Shown in pieces: positions 23,911-37,334 of a stretch of 64,000 nt of DNA; within the stretch, counting starts at the first letter, position 1; each line of letters opens with the position of its first letter. The notes beneath the pieces are model-generated. The model searched no databases. It was not told the origin of the DNA and worked only from the letters and a program-made list of their open reading frames with translations. The position numbers and the translations under genes were made by a program. This DNA comes from Octopus sinensis (Eukaryota). The stretch lies in the NCBI RefSeq assembly GCF_006345805.1, contig NW_021831992.1, forward strand, positions 1-64,000, given 5' to 3'.

Positions 23911-24268
23911 GAACTTTATCCTTTTTTTTATCCAGTAAACTTCCTTTCTCATCAATTAAGAAACAAACGTACTGGTGAAGTACTGGAGTCTACCTCTATT
24001 AGATCTGCTAGCCTTCATCTGGTTGTTACCATTAAAATGAGGATCCCAGGTAAAGACTATGTATAGTCAAATGCCAGCATCTTCTTCTGTTAAAAAAATC
24101 TCTTAAAATTCATCGAAGGAAGCCTAAAAATGCCCTTAGGTCTGAGAGCCAGACGTGATGTTCATGGATGGAATGATGAGTAAAGCAGCATGGAGTAGAC
24201 TAATGACGTTTAACTACATTTTTCAATGCCTACCACGGTTTTGCGGTGAGAGTATGCGGTACGTCTAT

Positions 24269-24323
24269 TTTAAAAAAATTCTGAAGAACCTGCTAACGGT
24301 GAAAGTTACTATATATTTTTAAA
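24269..24323 (+). ncRNA. Type I hammerhead-like motif, canonical core
   Basis: CTGAAGA(24281)-ACC-tgctaac-GGT-GAAA-G-tta-C-T-A. Helix I TTTAAAAAAATT/TATATTTTTAAA pairs 10 of 12 but is AU-only, with a mismatch next to the core. Confidence 0.45.
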
Positions 24324-24499
24324 TATCATAGATCCATGAACAGTGATACTTTCTTTTCATTGGGAATGGTACCAGATCTCTATTTAACCAACGGATTTGT
24401 GAAGCCATATACTTTAAGATAATTGAATGCATATATGGATGTGACTACTGCACATATTTATACATATGTATGTACACACACACACACATATACACACAC

Positions 24500-24547
<48 letters not shown>

Positions 24548-24693
24548 AATATGATCGGTAGATAGCTATATAGATAGTTGGGCATACCTCTACATACATG
24601 GGGTGGTGTGGATGTCAGTGTGTACATCATAAATACATACAACATATATACATATATACATATAACATATATATATATATCTATATATATTAT

Positions 24694-24727
<34 letters not shown>

Positions 24728-24776
24728 AATAAATGAAAGAATGGAGTCGTACGAAGATGTTAACAGAATTCCTTTA

Positions 24777-24858
24777 CTCTCGACATATGTTTTCAAGACA
24801 ACATTTTTTCATTCCAAAGGAATAAAGGGTGCATTATGCAATCCTCTCATCAGGAAAG
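24777..24858 (-). ncRNA. Type I hammerhead-like motif with long branched helix II
   Basis: Minus strand CTTTC-CTGATGA-GAGG..TGCAtaaTGCA..ATTCCtttGGAAT..TCTT-GAAA(A)-CATATG-T-C-GAGAG: palindromic ACATATGT helix III, GUC triplet, one extra A after GAAA. Confidence 0.5.
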
Positions 24859-25191
24859 AAAGGGAGCCTCTCTCGACAACAAGACAAACAAAAATTTCGA
24901 TGACTGCCTACATGGTAAACAAAGCGATAATGAGTGTTTTTTTTTAAAACCGTTAGAAGAGTTGACGTCAAAGATAGATAGTAGGAAGAGGAGGGTCAAA
25001 GGAATAATTGGTAGGGAACAAGTGGAGAGGGAAGAGAACGTTGATTGAAAGAAATTTCTGCACATGAACCCGGAGTTTCTACCCTTGACAGGTCGCTTCA
25101 ACCGTGTTTCTGACGTGAATTTGCTACCCAGGTTTCGGTTAAACTAATTTTCCATACTGACGATAAACATAGGATAATTCATTCACCTACT

Positions 25192-25224
<33 letters not shown>

Positions 25225-25307
25225 TGTGTGTGTGTGTGTGTATGTATACACACACTGGACCGCTGACATCTACAGGCTTTTTTCATTCTCTGGATATTTT
25301 CTCTGAT

Positions 25308-25345
25308 TCTTTCTGTTGAAGAGCTAAGGCGCGAAACGTAAAAGA
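25308..25345 (+). ncRNA. Minimal type I hammerhead-like motif, variant core CUGUUGA
   Basis: TCTTT-CTGTTGA-A-GAGC-taag-GCGC-GAAA-CG-T-A-AAAGA with one helix II mismatch. Host element spans about 25255-25435. Confidence 0.62.
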
Positions 25346-25998
25346 CTGTTTCATTTTCCCCGAGCGTCAAACTAATACACTTGCTTGTTGTTCATACACC
25401 TGCCTTCGTCTTTTGTTTTTTATAAATTTCAACTATATATATGTGTGTGTGTGTGTGTGTTTGTGTGCGTACGTGTTCATACACAGACGCGAGCGTGCAA
25501 GCACACAGAGTGAATGTGGGGCTATGTATGGTAATGCGCTTGTGTGTGTGTGTGTGTTTGTGTGTAAGTATGATCTTGTGCGTAACGTGATGTTGAGTTT
25601 GGTGGACGTCTCTGGGCTCCATCCTCACAATACGGAACATTTGTCTTTAAAATAAAATAAAATAAAAGACTCACGTCTCACACCTCTTATACGATGGCCT
25701 TTTATCGTTTTTAGTTTATATGTTTTGTATTGTAACATTATATATTCATGCATTCATTTGTCGTAAAATTGTTATTGCTTTTGTTGTTGTTGCTCAATTG
25801 TTGTTGTTGTTGTTGTTGTTGCTGCAATTGTTGTTGTTGTTGCTCTTGTTGTTGTTGTTGCTGCAATTGTTGTTGTTGTTGTTGTTCTTGTTGTTGCTGT
25901 TGTTGATGTTTAGATTATTGTCTTTAGAAACAAGGGAATGTTTAATAACAGGCAACATGATTTGACTTGCTTATATAGAGAGGACCTGACACCCATCG

Positions 25999-26071
<73 letters not shown>

Positions 26072-26191
26072 ATTACATATATACATATATATATATATAC
26101 GTATGCATGTGTGTGTGTATACATGTATGTATATTTTTTTTCTTGCACGTATACATATATGTGTGTGTAGGTGCATGTGCGTGAGTGTTTT

Positions 26192-26236
<45 letters not shown>

Positions 26237-26461
26237 ACCTATATACCTAAACGTCCGCTGCACACTAATGAAGAATAAATGACACCGTGCATTAAGCCCT
26301 CCCAAGGGGCCGAGTAACTGTGTTGCTAATAATTTTTATTGACACAAATATATTAATACATACATATATATATATACATACATTCATACATATATATATA
26401 TACATACATACATATATAATATATACATACATACATACATATATACATTATTATATATATA

Positions 26462-26503
<42 letters not shown>

Positions 26504-27188
26504 CATATATGTGTGTGTGTATGTATATATGCATATATAACTTTTCTGTCTCTACCTTTTGCTGTCTGCTTTTCTCTCTATTTCTCTGTCATACGGTTTG
26601 CCATTTGCACAAGGGAGCTAACCTCAGCAATGGTCGATTCAATGACCTACATATACATTAGACCAGCATACATACTTATATAAATACACACACATAAACT
26701 CACACACACATATATAAATATACATACGTATACATATACATATATATATATATATTATATATATACACACACACTTATATATATATATATACACATACAT
26801 ATATATGTATATATATATACAATATAATATATATATATATATATTACAAACACGTATATATATATATGTGTGCGCGCTCGCTCGCGTGTACGTGTGCATT
26901 TGTGTGTGTTTGTGCCTGGTGTATAATTGTTTTTCTTTCTGTATATACATTTGTGTTACTATACTTGTGAATGCGTGTGACTGTGTATGTATGTATGTAT
27001 GTATGTATGTGTGTGTGTGTGTGTGTGCTCGCGCGCGCGTGTGTGTTTCAGTGTACGTATGAGGACTGAATAGAAGTTTGAATTCTTGCCTATGAAACTG
27101 AGGGAAATGGCTTTGTATGTTATTAACTACCTACCTCGTTTTACACGTCCATACGCCTGCCTACCTACCTACCGACCTACTTACATAT

Positions 27189-27262
<74 letters not shown>

Positions 27263-28505
27263 ATCAGATGGAACAAAAACGCAATAGAGGACAATAAAAC
27301 ATTCCAACAGATAAACGATACATAGGCAGACAACGGAAATAATTAGAAGGACAGGTAAAAAAAGACGAGTCATTCGTGGCCTTATTTCCTTAGTTAAGTA
27401 TACCAGAAGTCCTTACGATTTCGCGCAGTAACACTTTACATATAATTGTATGTGTGTGTATATATAAATATAGAACTCCTTTAAAGGCAGCTTGCTACAT
27501 TTGGGCTAAGTACCTCAATGATTTAATCTCAGATATGAATCGGTGGAATCAGAGTAATATAGTTCAATAAAAAAACTCAACTCAATATATTTACGTCTGC
27601 AATAACTTCTTACTCCTTCACAGCAAATGTCTCAATAAGGAAAGTTAGTAAATTATAGTGAACGTATTCGTTTATGTTCGAAACAACCTTTGAGAGCAGT
27701 TCACTATTTGAGGAGTTCACTATATGAAACTACCATCCATTTTAAGACACTGCCATAGACGTCGAATTTGCGAAATTTTATTCTGTTCAGCTCTTGATCA
27801 TGTAGCATATGTATCTCTGAGAAACCCTTTATATATATGCTTTCACTCAAGTTAATAAATTATTGATATTTATTCGTTTCTAAATGTTATCATCAAAATA
27901 ATTTGATTGTAAGTAATGTTATTCCACCCACATGCTCATTAAATATAACTTCTTTTGTTGATGGAATACGACAGACTTGCATAGATTCCTTCAACCAATT
28001 TCCACTCATAAGATATTGACAATCTGACGTTACAGTAGAATGCACTTCCACAAAGAAACATGTGGCTGTGTAACCAACTGGGTAGCCAAAAAAAACCGAA
28101 CCAATTTTTTTGTCTTCGTGTTTCAAAATTTATTTCGTGTTTTAACGGAAATAAATTATAACAGCGATTGAAACCGTGTTTTATTCTTTCCTTCTTTTTT
28201 TCTTTTTTGTTTCATGCTTTATACTCTCTACATGTCAAGAACAAACCACAAATTAATCAATGAATTTAATTAACGTGTGTCGTAATAAACATAGGTTTTA
28301 ATTATCCTCTATTACATGGTAAATCACTTAGTGTTATTCACACTCTCTGATTCTCCATTGTTTTACATCAGCCACTTTTTCAATGTTTATGTTTATTAAT
28401 TCTAATAGAATTTGTAATTTTCTTAAATACATTTGAACTGGCTAATAATATCATTAATGGTTTGTCGGAGAAACTATAGGACTAACCTTTTGTTTATAGT
28501 TATAG

Positions 28506-28551
28506 ATTGGTACTTTCCTGGAAAGAAGATGCAGCAGCAGAACTCCATAAG
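28506..28551 (+). CDS. Candidate 46-nt coding exon
   Basis: Branch-like ACTAAC at 28481, then CTTTTGTTTATAG/TTATAG| tandem acceptors and donor AAG|GTTTGC. Open frames read xLVLSWKEDAAAELHK or xWYFPGKKMQQQNSI. Confidence 0.4.
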
Positions 28552-28609
28552 GTTTGCGACAAAATAATTTGCACTATTATTTTTATTTTTATCTTTATTT
28601 TTGTATTAG

Positions 28610-28882
28610 ACGCGGCCACGTCTCGGTGGTTAAGAAACTCGCGTTACAAACAAAAGGTTTCGGGTTCAGTGTCACTCTGCAGCATTTCGAGTGAGGTTTT
28701 CCACACTTGTAGGTGGATATGGAACACTGAAAATGTTTGGAAACCTGTCGTGTATGCGTGTGTTAGGGTGGAGTGTACGTGGGTGTGTGTGTGTATGTGT
28801 CGGGTCAATTTATTCGACTAAAACCCTCCAAGACGGTATTCCAGCATGGCCGCGGTTATAATTACTCAAACAAGTAAAAGAA
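28610..28882 (+). mobile_element. Diverged SINE family B-like copy
   Basis: GGTGGTTAAGAAACTCGC..GGGTTCAGTG head and TTCGACTAAA..CCAGCATGGCCGC..AAACAAGTAAAAG tail. Confidence 0.7.
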
Positions 28883-29303
28883 GCCTAGCGAAGGCCACTT
28901 GACACTCTGAGCTCTAATCCGATCGGTGTCCATCTATTCCTTTCCTCCTTTCCGGGAAGGCGGGTTGTTGTTGTTGTTGGTAGTGGTGGTGGGGTGAGGC
29001 GGGGGCCAATAAAATAAAACACAGGTGAAATATTAATATCGAGAAAGAAGGACAATCACAAGATCACATTATAGTCCCTACGCACGTTTCACCATTATGG
29101 TCGTGTGGAAATCCCCTGCAATACGTATTCTAGTTTTGTTTTTGTTTGTTTTTTTTTCACCACCTGGAGACCTAGCCGTAAGCAGTCAGTCAGACCTTTG
29201 ATTGGAAACTCCAACTAGTAGCAAAAGTGATTGCTCCGAATGGATTTGCTATTACATTTGCCAGCGTCGAGCTAGGAAGCCCACCGTTTTACCGAATTAA
29301 TGT

Positions 29304-29694
29304 ACAGGCGTGGCTGTGGGGGGGGGAGCTTGCTTCCCAGCCACAGAGATCCAGATTCAGTTCCACTGCGTGGCACCTTGGGCAAGTGTCTTCTTTTATA
29401 GCCTCGGGCCGACCAAAGTCTTGTGAGTGGATTTGGTAGACTGAAACTGAATGAAGCCCGTCGTATATATATATATGTGTGTGTGTGCGTGCATGTGTAT
29501 TTGTGTTTCAGTGTTTGTGGCCACACCATCGCTTGACAACCGATGTTGGTGTGTTTACGTTCCCGTAAACATAGCGGTTCGGCGAAAGAAACCGATAGAA
29601 TAAGTTACTAAGCTTATAAAGAATAAGTCCTGTGGTCGAACTGTTCGTTTAAAGGAGGTGCTCCAGCATGGCCGCAGTCAAAAGACTGAAACAA

Positions 29695-29697
<3 letters not shown>
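29304..29697 (+). mobile_element. SINE family B
   Basis: Full head, CORE-like segment, internal microsatellite and tail. Confidence 0.92.
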
Positions 29698-29734
<37 letters not shown>

Positions 29735-29740
29735 CTCAGA

Positions 29741-29773
<33 letters not shown>

Positions 29774-30837
29774 ACGTATATATCATATTCCCTCGATCAA
29801 TCATTACTGTTGATTTTTTATCAACCATAAAGATCTTACATAGAGGGGACTCCACATCACATTGGGGACACAAAACATCAAAAACATTGTATGATATGAT
29901 GAGAAAAAGGATGAAAACTGAGAGATAAAAGTGATGTTAACTGCCCCATCAGTCGACATCACTTACTTGTCCTTTTATTTCCTATCTTGCCGTGAAACCC
30001 ACAAAGTCTACAAATTCAACCTCGTATATTTCTTCTAGTTCCTCCCTCCTTTCCGGTGCCAATTTTCCTTAAAGCTTGACACCGACAGAACCAGACCGGT
30101 TTCGATCCCTGATTTAACCAGTTCACTTTCTATACCAATGACTCTGTTAAGGGAATGGACGCCAGAATTCATATTTAAATTATTACCCACCCGTTGACCA
30201 TTCATCCATGCATGAATAGGACTACTACAGATCGATTAATTGTTTGTATTGATCACACGGATGCAGCGTATAAGTAAATATTTTACTCTATTTTATATAT
30301 TCAAATATTTCTTCGCCAATAATGCAAAGCGTTAATGATGGTACTGTGTCTATATCTGTATATATGCACATGTAAATATATCTATATATATCTGTTTATA
30401 TATGTATATGTGCATATATGTGTGTATGGATGTACTTTTCTGTGCGTGTTAGTAATACTGGTGTATGTATATCTGTACGTATGTGCAGTGTACGTGTTTG
30501 TGTGTAAGCGTGCGCCGTGTTTGCGTGCGGATGTGTGGTATTATGGTTAAATTCATGTATGTATTGCTATGAGGCAAAAACTTAGGTATGTGTATATGCT
30601 GTTGTCTTTTGTTTATATGCGCTTGCGGAGATGGGATGAATGTGTGTATTTTTATTGATATGTGTGTGTGCGTAGGTGGATCCGTGTGTGTTTGTGTGGA
30701 GTGCGTGTGTGTGTGTATGTGTGTGTGTGAACAACAGTATGGAATAAGGTGTCTTATCGACAATGCCTTCACACAAGCACATATTTTTAGTGTGTCCGAG
30801 GAGATCAATATCTATCTATAGGTACATACGTCAATAT

Positions 30838-30881
<44 letters not shown>

Positions 30882-30924
30882 TATATATACATATATATAG
30901 GTAGATAGATAGATAGATAGATAT

Positions 30925-30959
<35 letters not shown>

Positions 30960-31211
30960 CATACATACATAATAGGTATATTATATATATATATATAATA
31001 TTATGTGTATATATTATATATATATATATATATTATATATATATAGATAGATAGATAGATAGATATAGACTATATTATGTATACCGTTGAATACCGAGAA
31101 CACCAACTTAATAATTATCATTATATGTCACGTCATATAAATATTAACATATGCAGAGACCATGTGTGTGTATATATATATGTATATTTATATGGTATAT
31201 ATGTATAGTAT

Positions 31212-31242
<31 letters not shown>

Positions 31243-31860
31243 TATATATATATATAGATATATATATAATATATGTGTGTGTAGGTATGTAGTAATATCT
31301 AGATATATATATATATATATATTATATATACATGATATATATGACGATAAAATATATGTGTGTGTGTGTGTGCGTGTAAATACAAAAATATATGTGTATA
31401 TATGTATAAATGTAAATATACATACATAAATATATATATATATATTATATATATATATCTATATATATCAGTGAGAGTCAGAATGAGAAAGAGAGAGAAA
31501 GAAAGAGATCGGGTGCATGTTGTGAGAAACGTTCTCCACTATGTCCTTCACTTTGTATAATTTTGTATAAATATTTAATATTTTATTCCGTGAAGCTTTT
31601 CGAACGTTTATGTGGAAACATTTCTTTTTGTTCATGTATGTATATGAGAAATGTTCGAACGTGATGAGGCGTGAAAATCTATACATCCTTTTCGGTGAGT
31701 TTATGTTTGGATGTCAGTCTCCGAATGTGTGTGTGAACATCTGCGTGTGTGCATACATGCAAATGTGTGTATGTAGATCCGTGCGTGTTTGTATTTGTTG
31801 TATTATAGATAATTATAGATAATTCTCATCAAAATATATGTTTGAACCTATGTATGTATG

Positions 31861-32416
31861 TATTGGGTTGTCCGGAAACTTCACGCCGATTTATTGTAGC
31901 TTACCTTTCGACTTATTTTAGAACATGGTTGAGTTCCTAAGGTAGGATTTGACTACACCTCCATTTAGAGCACAGTTTAAGCTATCTTTTCGTGGAAGAA
32001 GGTTTATGTTCCTATAACCTGTGTTAATTTTGTAACCCTTTAAAATGGAAGATAAGAAAGTTCATTTTCGGTATTTGATGCTTTGGGAACCAGACAAAAA
32101 TTGCTGCAGCTCGACTGGGATGTGTTACCCCACCCTCCAGATATTGCTCCTTCGGATTTCCACTTATTTAGGTCTCTGCAGGATAGACTTAATTGTAAAA
32201 AATTTCAATTCCTTGGATGACGTAAAAAGATACCTTGATGAATTATTTGCCTTGAAACCACCTCAATTCTGGTAAGAGGGTATTTTCAAGTTAAAGGAAA
32301 GACGCATTGTGCAACAAAATGGTTCATATTTGATTGATTAAAAATGTAATGGCAAGTATTTGTTGACCTTTTTCTTTCGTTTAAAAATCGACACGAACTT
32401 TCCGGAGAACCCAGTA
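31861..32416 (+). mobile_element. Internally deleted mariner element (mellifera-like), with both TIRs and TA TSD
   Basis: TIRs TA-TTGGGTTGTCCGGAAACTTCACGCCGATTT / AAATCGACACGAACTTTCCGGAGAACCCAG-TA. The N-terminus MEDKKVHFRYLMLWE is joined to C-terminal ..KLLQLDWDVLPHPP[YSP missing]DIAPSDFHLFRSLQ..LDELFALKPPQFW*EGIFKL. Confidence 0.92.
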
Positions 32417-32469
32417 GTTTCAACAAATAAACAAACAAAAAAACGTATGTATATATGTACACTGAAACG

Positions 32470-32830
32470 ATGACCATGGGATGGCGCCTAGAATGTTCCC
32501 CTCCTAAGCAAGGTATTTCATGGAAGACCAGCAGCCACGCATGCATACCAGCCTCCCCTCTCCATACCATTATATGTACATAAGGTAACGGGTAAAGATC
32601 CCCTTCGGTCATGAATGACCATGGTATTGCAACTTACAAAGTTCCCTTCCGAGGTAGAAGTCCGGGAAAGATACTTATGGAAGACCAGCAGTCGCCCATG
32701 CAGCCTTCCCTCTCCATGCCACCAGATTTATCCAAAGTTGAAGGTAAAGGCCATATAGTCTGGCACCAGTGACATCACATCTCAGTTCTACAGCTGACAG
32801 AACTGGAACAACAGGAAATAAAGTGTGTTT
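32470..32830 (-). mobile_element. Partially duplicated SINE-like repeat (further family)
   Basis: Two diverged copies of GACCATGG..ATGGAAGACCAGCAG..CATGC..CTCTCCAT, followed by a CAGCTGA..AACTGGA..AAATAAAGTG segment related to the one at 60180. Confidence 0.55.
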
Positions 32831-33147
32831 TTTTTTTAAATATGCTCTTCAGTTACACCAACCATAAATGTTCAATTGATAATTATTTGTTGACGTCGAA
32901 AGGATGATACACAAAGAGAACCGCAGTTGGGATTTGAACTCAGAACGTAAAACTAGAAGAAACGGTGTTAAGCATGTTGTCCGGTGTGCTAACGATCCTA
33001 CCTGCTTGAAATGTGCTGATCAGTCTAAAATATTATTATATATATATATATAATTTCAACATTGAGGGCAAAATTAATTAATTATTAATCAATTTCACCA
33101 AGTGTTCAGTATGCAAAGGGACCATTCAAGGCGAATTCAAATATTAC

Positions 33148-33276
33148 ATTATATAAAAGGGCTTAGTAAAATAAATTACTTTGCCCATACTGAACTATTA
33201 GAAATAGCAGCTAAATAGCTGCTATTTCTAATGAGTTCAGTATGCGGCAAAGTAATTTATTTTACTAAGCCCTTTT

Positions 33277-33284
<8 letters not shown>
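33148..33284. repeat. Near-perfect palindrome (~65-bp arms, 4-nt loop) between (TA)n tracts
   Basis: ATTATATAAAAGGGCTTAGTAAAATAAATTACTTTGCC..AGAAATAGCAGCT-AAAT-AGCTGCTATTTCT..GGCAAAGTAATTTATTTTACTAAGCCCTTTTTATATAAT. Confidence 0.9.
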
Positions 33285-33330
<46 letters not shown>

Positions 33331-33416
33331 ATAATAGAAAAATATGTATATATATGTATGTATGTAAATACTCACACACACTTATACACACACACACACC
33401 GCACACACACACACAG

Positions 33417-33486
<70 letters not shown>

Positions 33487-33569
33487 ATATTTTACTATAA
33501 AATTGGATTCATCCTAAATCTGATTTTTCCCTGTAAATTTGGATTTATTCCCTAATATTTATTATATTA

Positions 33570-33607
<38 letters not shown>

Positions 33608-33615
<8 letters not shown>

Positions 33616-34579
33616 GCGTAAGTTATTTCAGGACATACTTTTTGGGGCGCATTGCTGTATTATTTGCTAACTGTGTATAAACTTCGTTTCAGAAAATAAT
33701 AATGCCAGACCCTCAACTTTCTCAAGAAGTGAATAGGCATGTTGTTATTGTGGTTATGAAAGCTGAGCGAGCAATTTAGAAATATCTCGATTTTTAAAAG
33801 TTGCCAGATCTTTCGTGTGCAAAGTTTGTAAGGATCAAGAGACTGAAGATGGAAACGTATCACCATTATCAACGCATAAAAAGCATTCTAAATGCTCTGA
33901 AATTATGAGAACTCCTGCATTTACCCAACACGATCAACAGATCATTGATTACAATACCAGAAAGTCCAGGAGGTCAATAGGAAAAGATCTCCATGTGTCG
34001 GAGGGAGCAGTCAGAAATGTTGCCCACGAACACATCAGATATAAGACTTATATGATAAGGAAAGGTCAATTTGTCAGAAAAAGCAAAAGAAAATCACTAC
34101 ATCAGATCTAAAAGGCTCTTAAACAAACTGAAGAAGATTTGATTTGGGGTTTTTTCCAAACGAGAAAAACTTCGACCAAGATCAAAAAGTTAACAGAAGA
34201 AATGACAGATAGTTATGTGCAGACACTTCTGAAGTTTCAAGTATAATGCATACAAAATATTTCCTGCATCTGTCATGGTTTTAGGGGTTGTCAGCAATGA
34301 AAGACAAGTGATGCCACCTTACTTCTTTCTACAGGCCCTTAAATTTAACTCTGCTGCCTACATTGAGGTCCTGGAAATAATTGTTAAGCCCTGGATAGAC
34401 AGTATATGCAATGGAAGGCCATATGTATTCCAGTAAGATACGAAACTAGTATATATTTTTCTAGTAACAGAGGGATGGATGCCTGAAAATTTCCATGATA
34501 ACATAACCTCCTAACATTTCGCCTCTAAATTCCCCAGATCTCAATCCATTGGACTATTACATGTGGGGCGTTGTTGAGA

Positions 34580-34610
<31 letters not shown>

Positions 34611-34884
34611 GCCAATGAACACGCCCATAACACCAAACATTCTTTGAAAGCTGCCATAGAGTAATGTCTACAATAAACCAAGACCGCCTGATTCGAGCAT
34701 GTAGATGATTTAGATCTTATTTAGAAGCAGTTGTTGAAACTGAAGGTGGCTTTATTGAATACCATTATAGAAAAGAAGGTTTATTTCTATCTTCATTGCG
34801 TTTTTTGATGCAGTTATCTTTTACTAAATATCTGTTTTTCTTTATAAATATAAATCTGTCTTCAAATATCTTGCGCACGCTGTA
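33608..34884 (+). mobile_element. Full-length decayed Tc1/mariner-superfamily DD37D (maT-like) transposon
   Basis: TIRs TATAAGGTGCGTAAGTTATTTCAGGACA / TGTCTTCAAATATCTTGCGCACGCTGTA. Frameshifted transposase from ATG 33702 includes NEKNFDQDQKVNRRND, SVMVLGVVSNE..VMPPYFF, VKPWIDSICNGRPYVFQ*D, NSPDLNPLDYYMWGVVERE and EAVVETEGGFIE. Confidence 0.9.
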
Positions 34885-34901
34885 TATGTAATATATATAT
34901 A

Positions 34902-34948
<47 letters not shown>

Positions 34949-34953
34949 GTATG

Positions 34954-34984
<31 letters not shown>

Positions 34985-35266
34985 GTATATATATATGTAT
35001 ATATATATATAATTATGTATGTATGTAGGTATGTATGAATGTATAAATGAGTAACAAAGATGTACAGGTGTCAAAACATTACAGCCGTTCCAATCTTAAC
35101 TTAGCTGGTTTGCGTTGTCTCGACGCACGGCAGGAATCTCAGGTACAAACTCCCCTGTACGGATCTTGATAGTCAATATTCAATTAATAATGTTTTGGGT
35201 GTGTAGATTATACCGACCTAGAAACGTGCTTCAATTTATGTACCTAATTCAACCGAATCTTAATTA

Positions 35267-35309
<43 letters not shown>

Positions 35310-35364
35310 ACATACATACATATATCTATATAGACATACATATACGCACAAACACACGCACACG

Positions 35365-35448
<84 letters not shown>

Positions 35449-35587
35449 CATATATACATAATACATACATACATACATACATACATACATACATACATAC
35501 ATACATACATACATACATACATACATACATAATTACATACATACATACATATAGTGAGATAAATAAGTATATATTTATATATGTATA

Positions 35588-35998
35588 CAGGACTGGCTGT
35601 GTGGTAAATAGCTTGCGTACCAGTCAGATGGTTCCAGATTCAATCCCAATGCATGGTACCTTGGAAAGTGTTTCTTCTATACCCTCGGGCTGACCAAAAC
35701 CTTGTGAGTAGATTTGGTAAAAGGAAACTAAAAGAAGCCCGTCGTATATATATATATATATATATTTATATGCATGTATGTGTATATGTTTGTGCGTCTA
35801 TATTTGGCCACCCCACCCCAGCATCACTTGACATCCGATGCTGTTGCATTTACGACCCTTACATTAGCGGTTCAACAAAAGAGACCGATAGAATATATAC
35901 TAGGCTTACAAAGAATAAGTCCAGGAGTTGATTTCTTTGATTAATGAAGTTGCTCCTGCATGATCGCAATCAAATGACTGAAACAAGTAAAGGAGTAA
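35588..35998 (+). mobile_element. SINE family B
   Basis: Diverged full-length copy with internal (TA)n. Confidence 0.9.
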
Positions 35999-36844
35999 AG
36001 ATATATTGTGTGAGTGTGTGTGTGTGAGTATGTATGCGTGTGTGCGTGTGTATGTGTGTGCATGTATGTATATTTATAAACATATGTGTGTGTGTGTCTG
36101 TCTGTCTGTGCGGGCGCAGGAGATAGTAAACAAAAACAGATGCTCTCACATTCCCTTGTACATAAAACACAGACACACACACTCACACACACATACATAC
36201 ACACATTCACCAATGCACATATATATATATATATATATTTATTATATATATATATATATGTGTGTGTGTGTATATATATATATACATCTAACGAGCTTTA
36301 TAAATAGTTACAGATATAAACAGAAAGAGATAAAGAGAAGAAAAAAAGACAAACAGACAGACAAACAGACAGACAGACAGATAGACAGATCTAAATTATG
36401 TATTTCCCCACCACTCTCCCACACAGACACACACACATTTATACGCAATTACACACATAAGCCTTAGTAGGTGGGTGTATGTCTGTATTTAGACCAATAT
36501 TGACGTGTGTGCGTCTGTGTGTGTGTGTGTCTGTGTGTGTCTGTGTGTGTCTGTGTGTGTCTGTGTGTGTGTGTGTGTGTGTGTGCATGACTGATTCTAT
36601 TTTCATTTTCAATGGTGGTATTTCTGAGGATATATATATATCTTTTTGAATCTCTGTACTCCATAACGATTTTGCGTAGGAGTAACTTATATATGCTGTA
36701 CTGTGTTGTGTGTGTGTGTGTGCTTGTCTATGTGTGTGTGCATGCATGCGTATGTGTATGTATGCATGCAATTAATGCGTCACAAGTGTTGCATGTCACG
36801 TGAGGAATTCCTCTGTGACGTCGCCTACAAAATGGCTGCCATCA

Positions 36845-36846
36845 AC

Positions 36847-36885
<39 letters not shown>

Positions 36886-36899
36886 TTTATTTTTATTTC

Positions 36900-36966
<67 letters not shown>

Positions 36967-36967
36967 T

Positions 36968-37021
<54 letters not shown>

Positions 37022-37035
37022 TTATTATCATCATT
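36845..37035. repeat. (ATT)n/(AGT)n microsatellite
   Basis: Direct inspection. Confidence 0.96.
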
Positions 37036-37334
37036 ATTAATCGTGGAAAAAATATCTTTCATTCTTCAACAAAATGTTATAACAAGGGAGGTTAGTTGTT
37101 ACAATGAATGAACAATAGAAGTGTTTTTGTTCTCTGTGTGTGTGTGTATGTGTGTGTGGGTGTGTGTGTGAGTGTGGGTGGGGCGTGTGTGTGTGTGTGT
37201 GTGTGTGTTTCCTTGCTTTTCTATGTTTATTAGAGAGAATACGTAAGTGTTCGAATGTATATGTGCGTATGTTGTTTGTGATTGAGTGTGTATATGTATC
37301 TAACTGTATTTTTTCATTCATTTGTTTCTGTCAC

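Noticed and set aside
33843-33863. CTGAAGA-TG-GAAACGTA hammerhead-like string
   Set aside because: No room for helix II, no helix I, and it lies inside the maT transposase coding remnant; coincidental.
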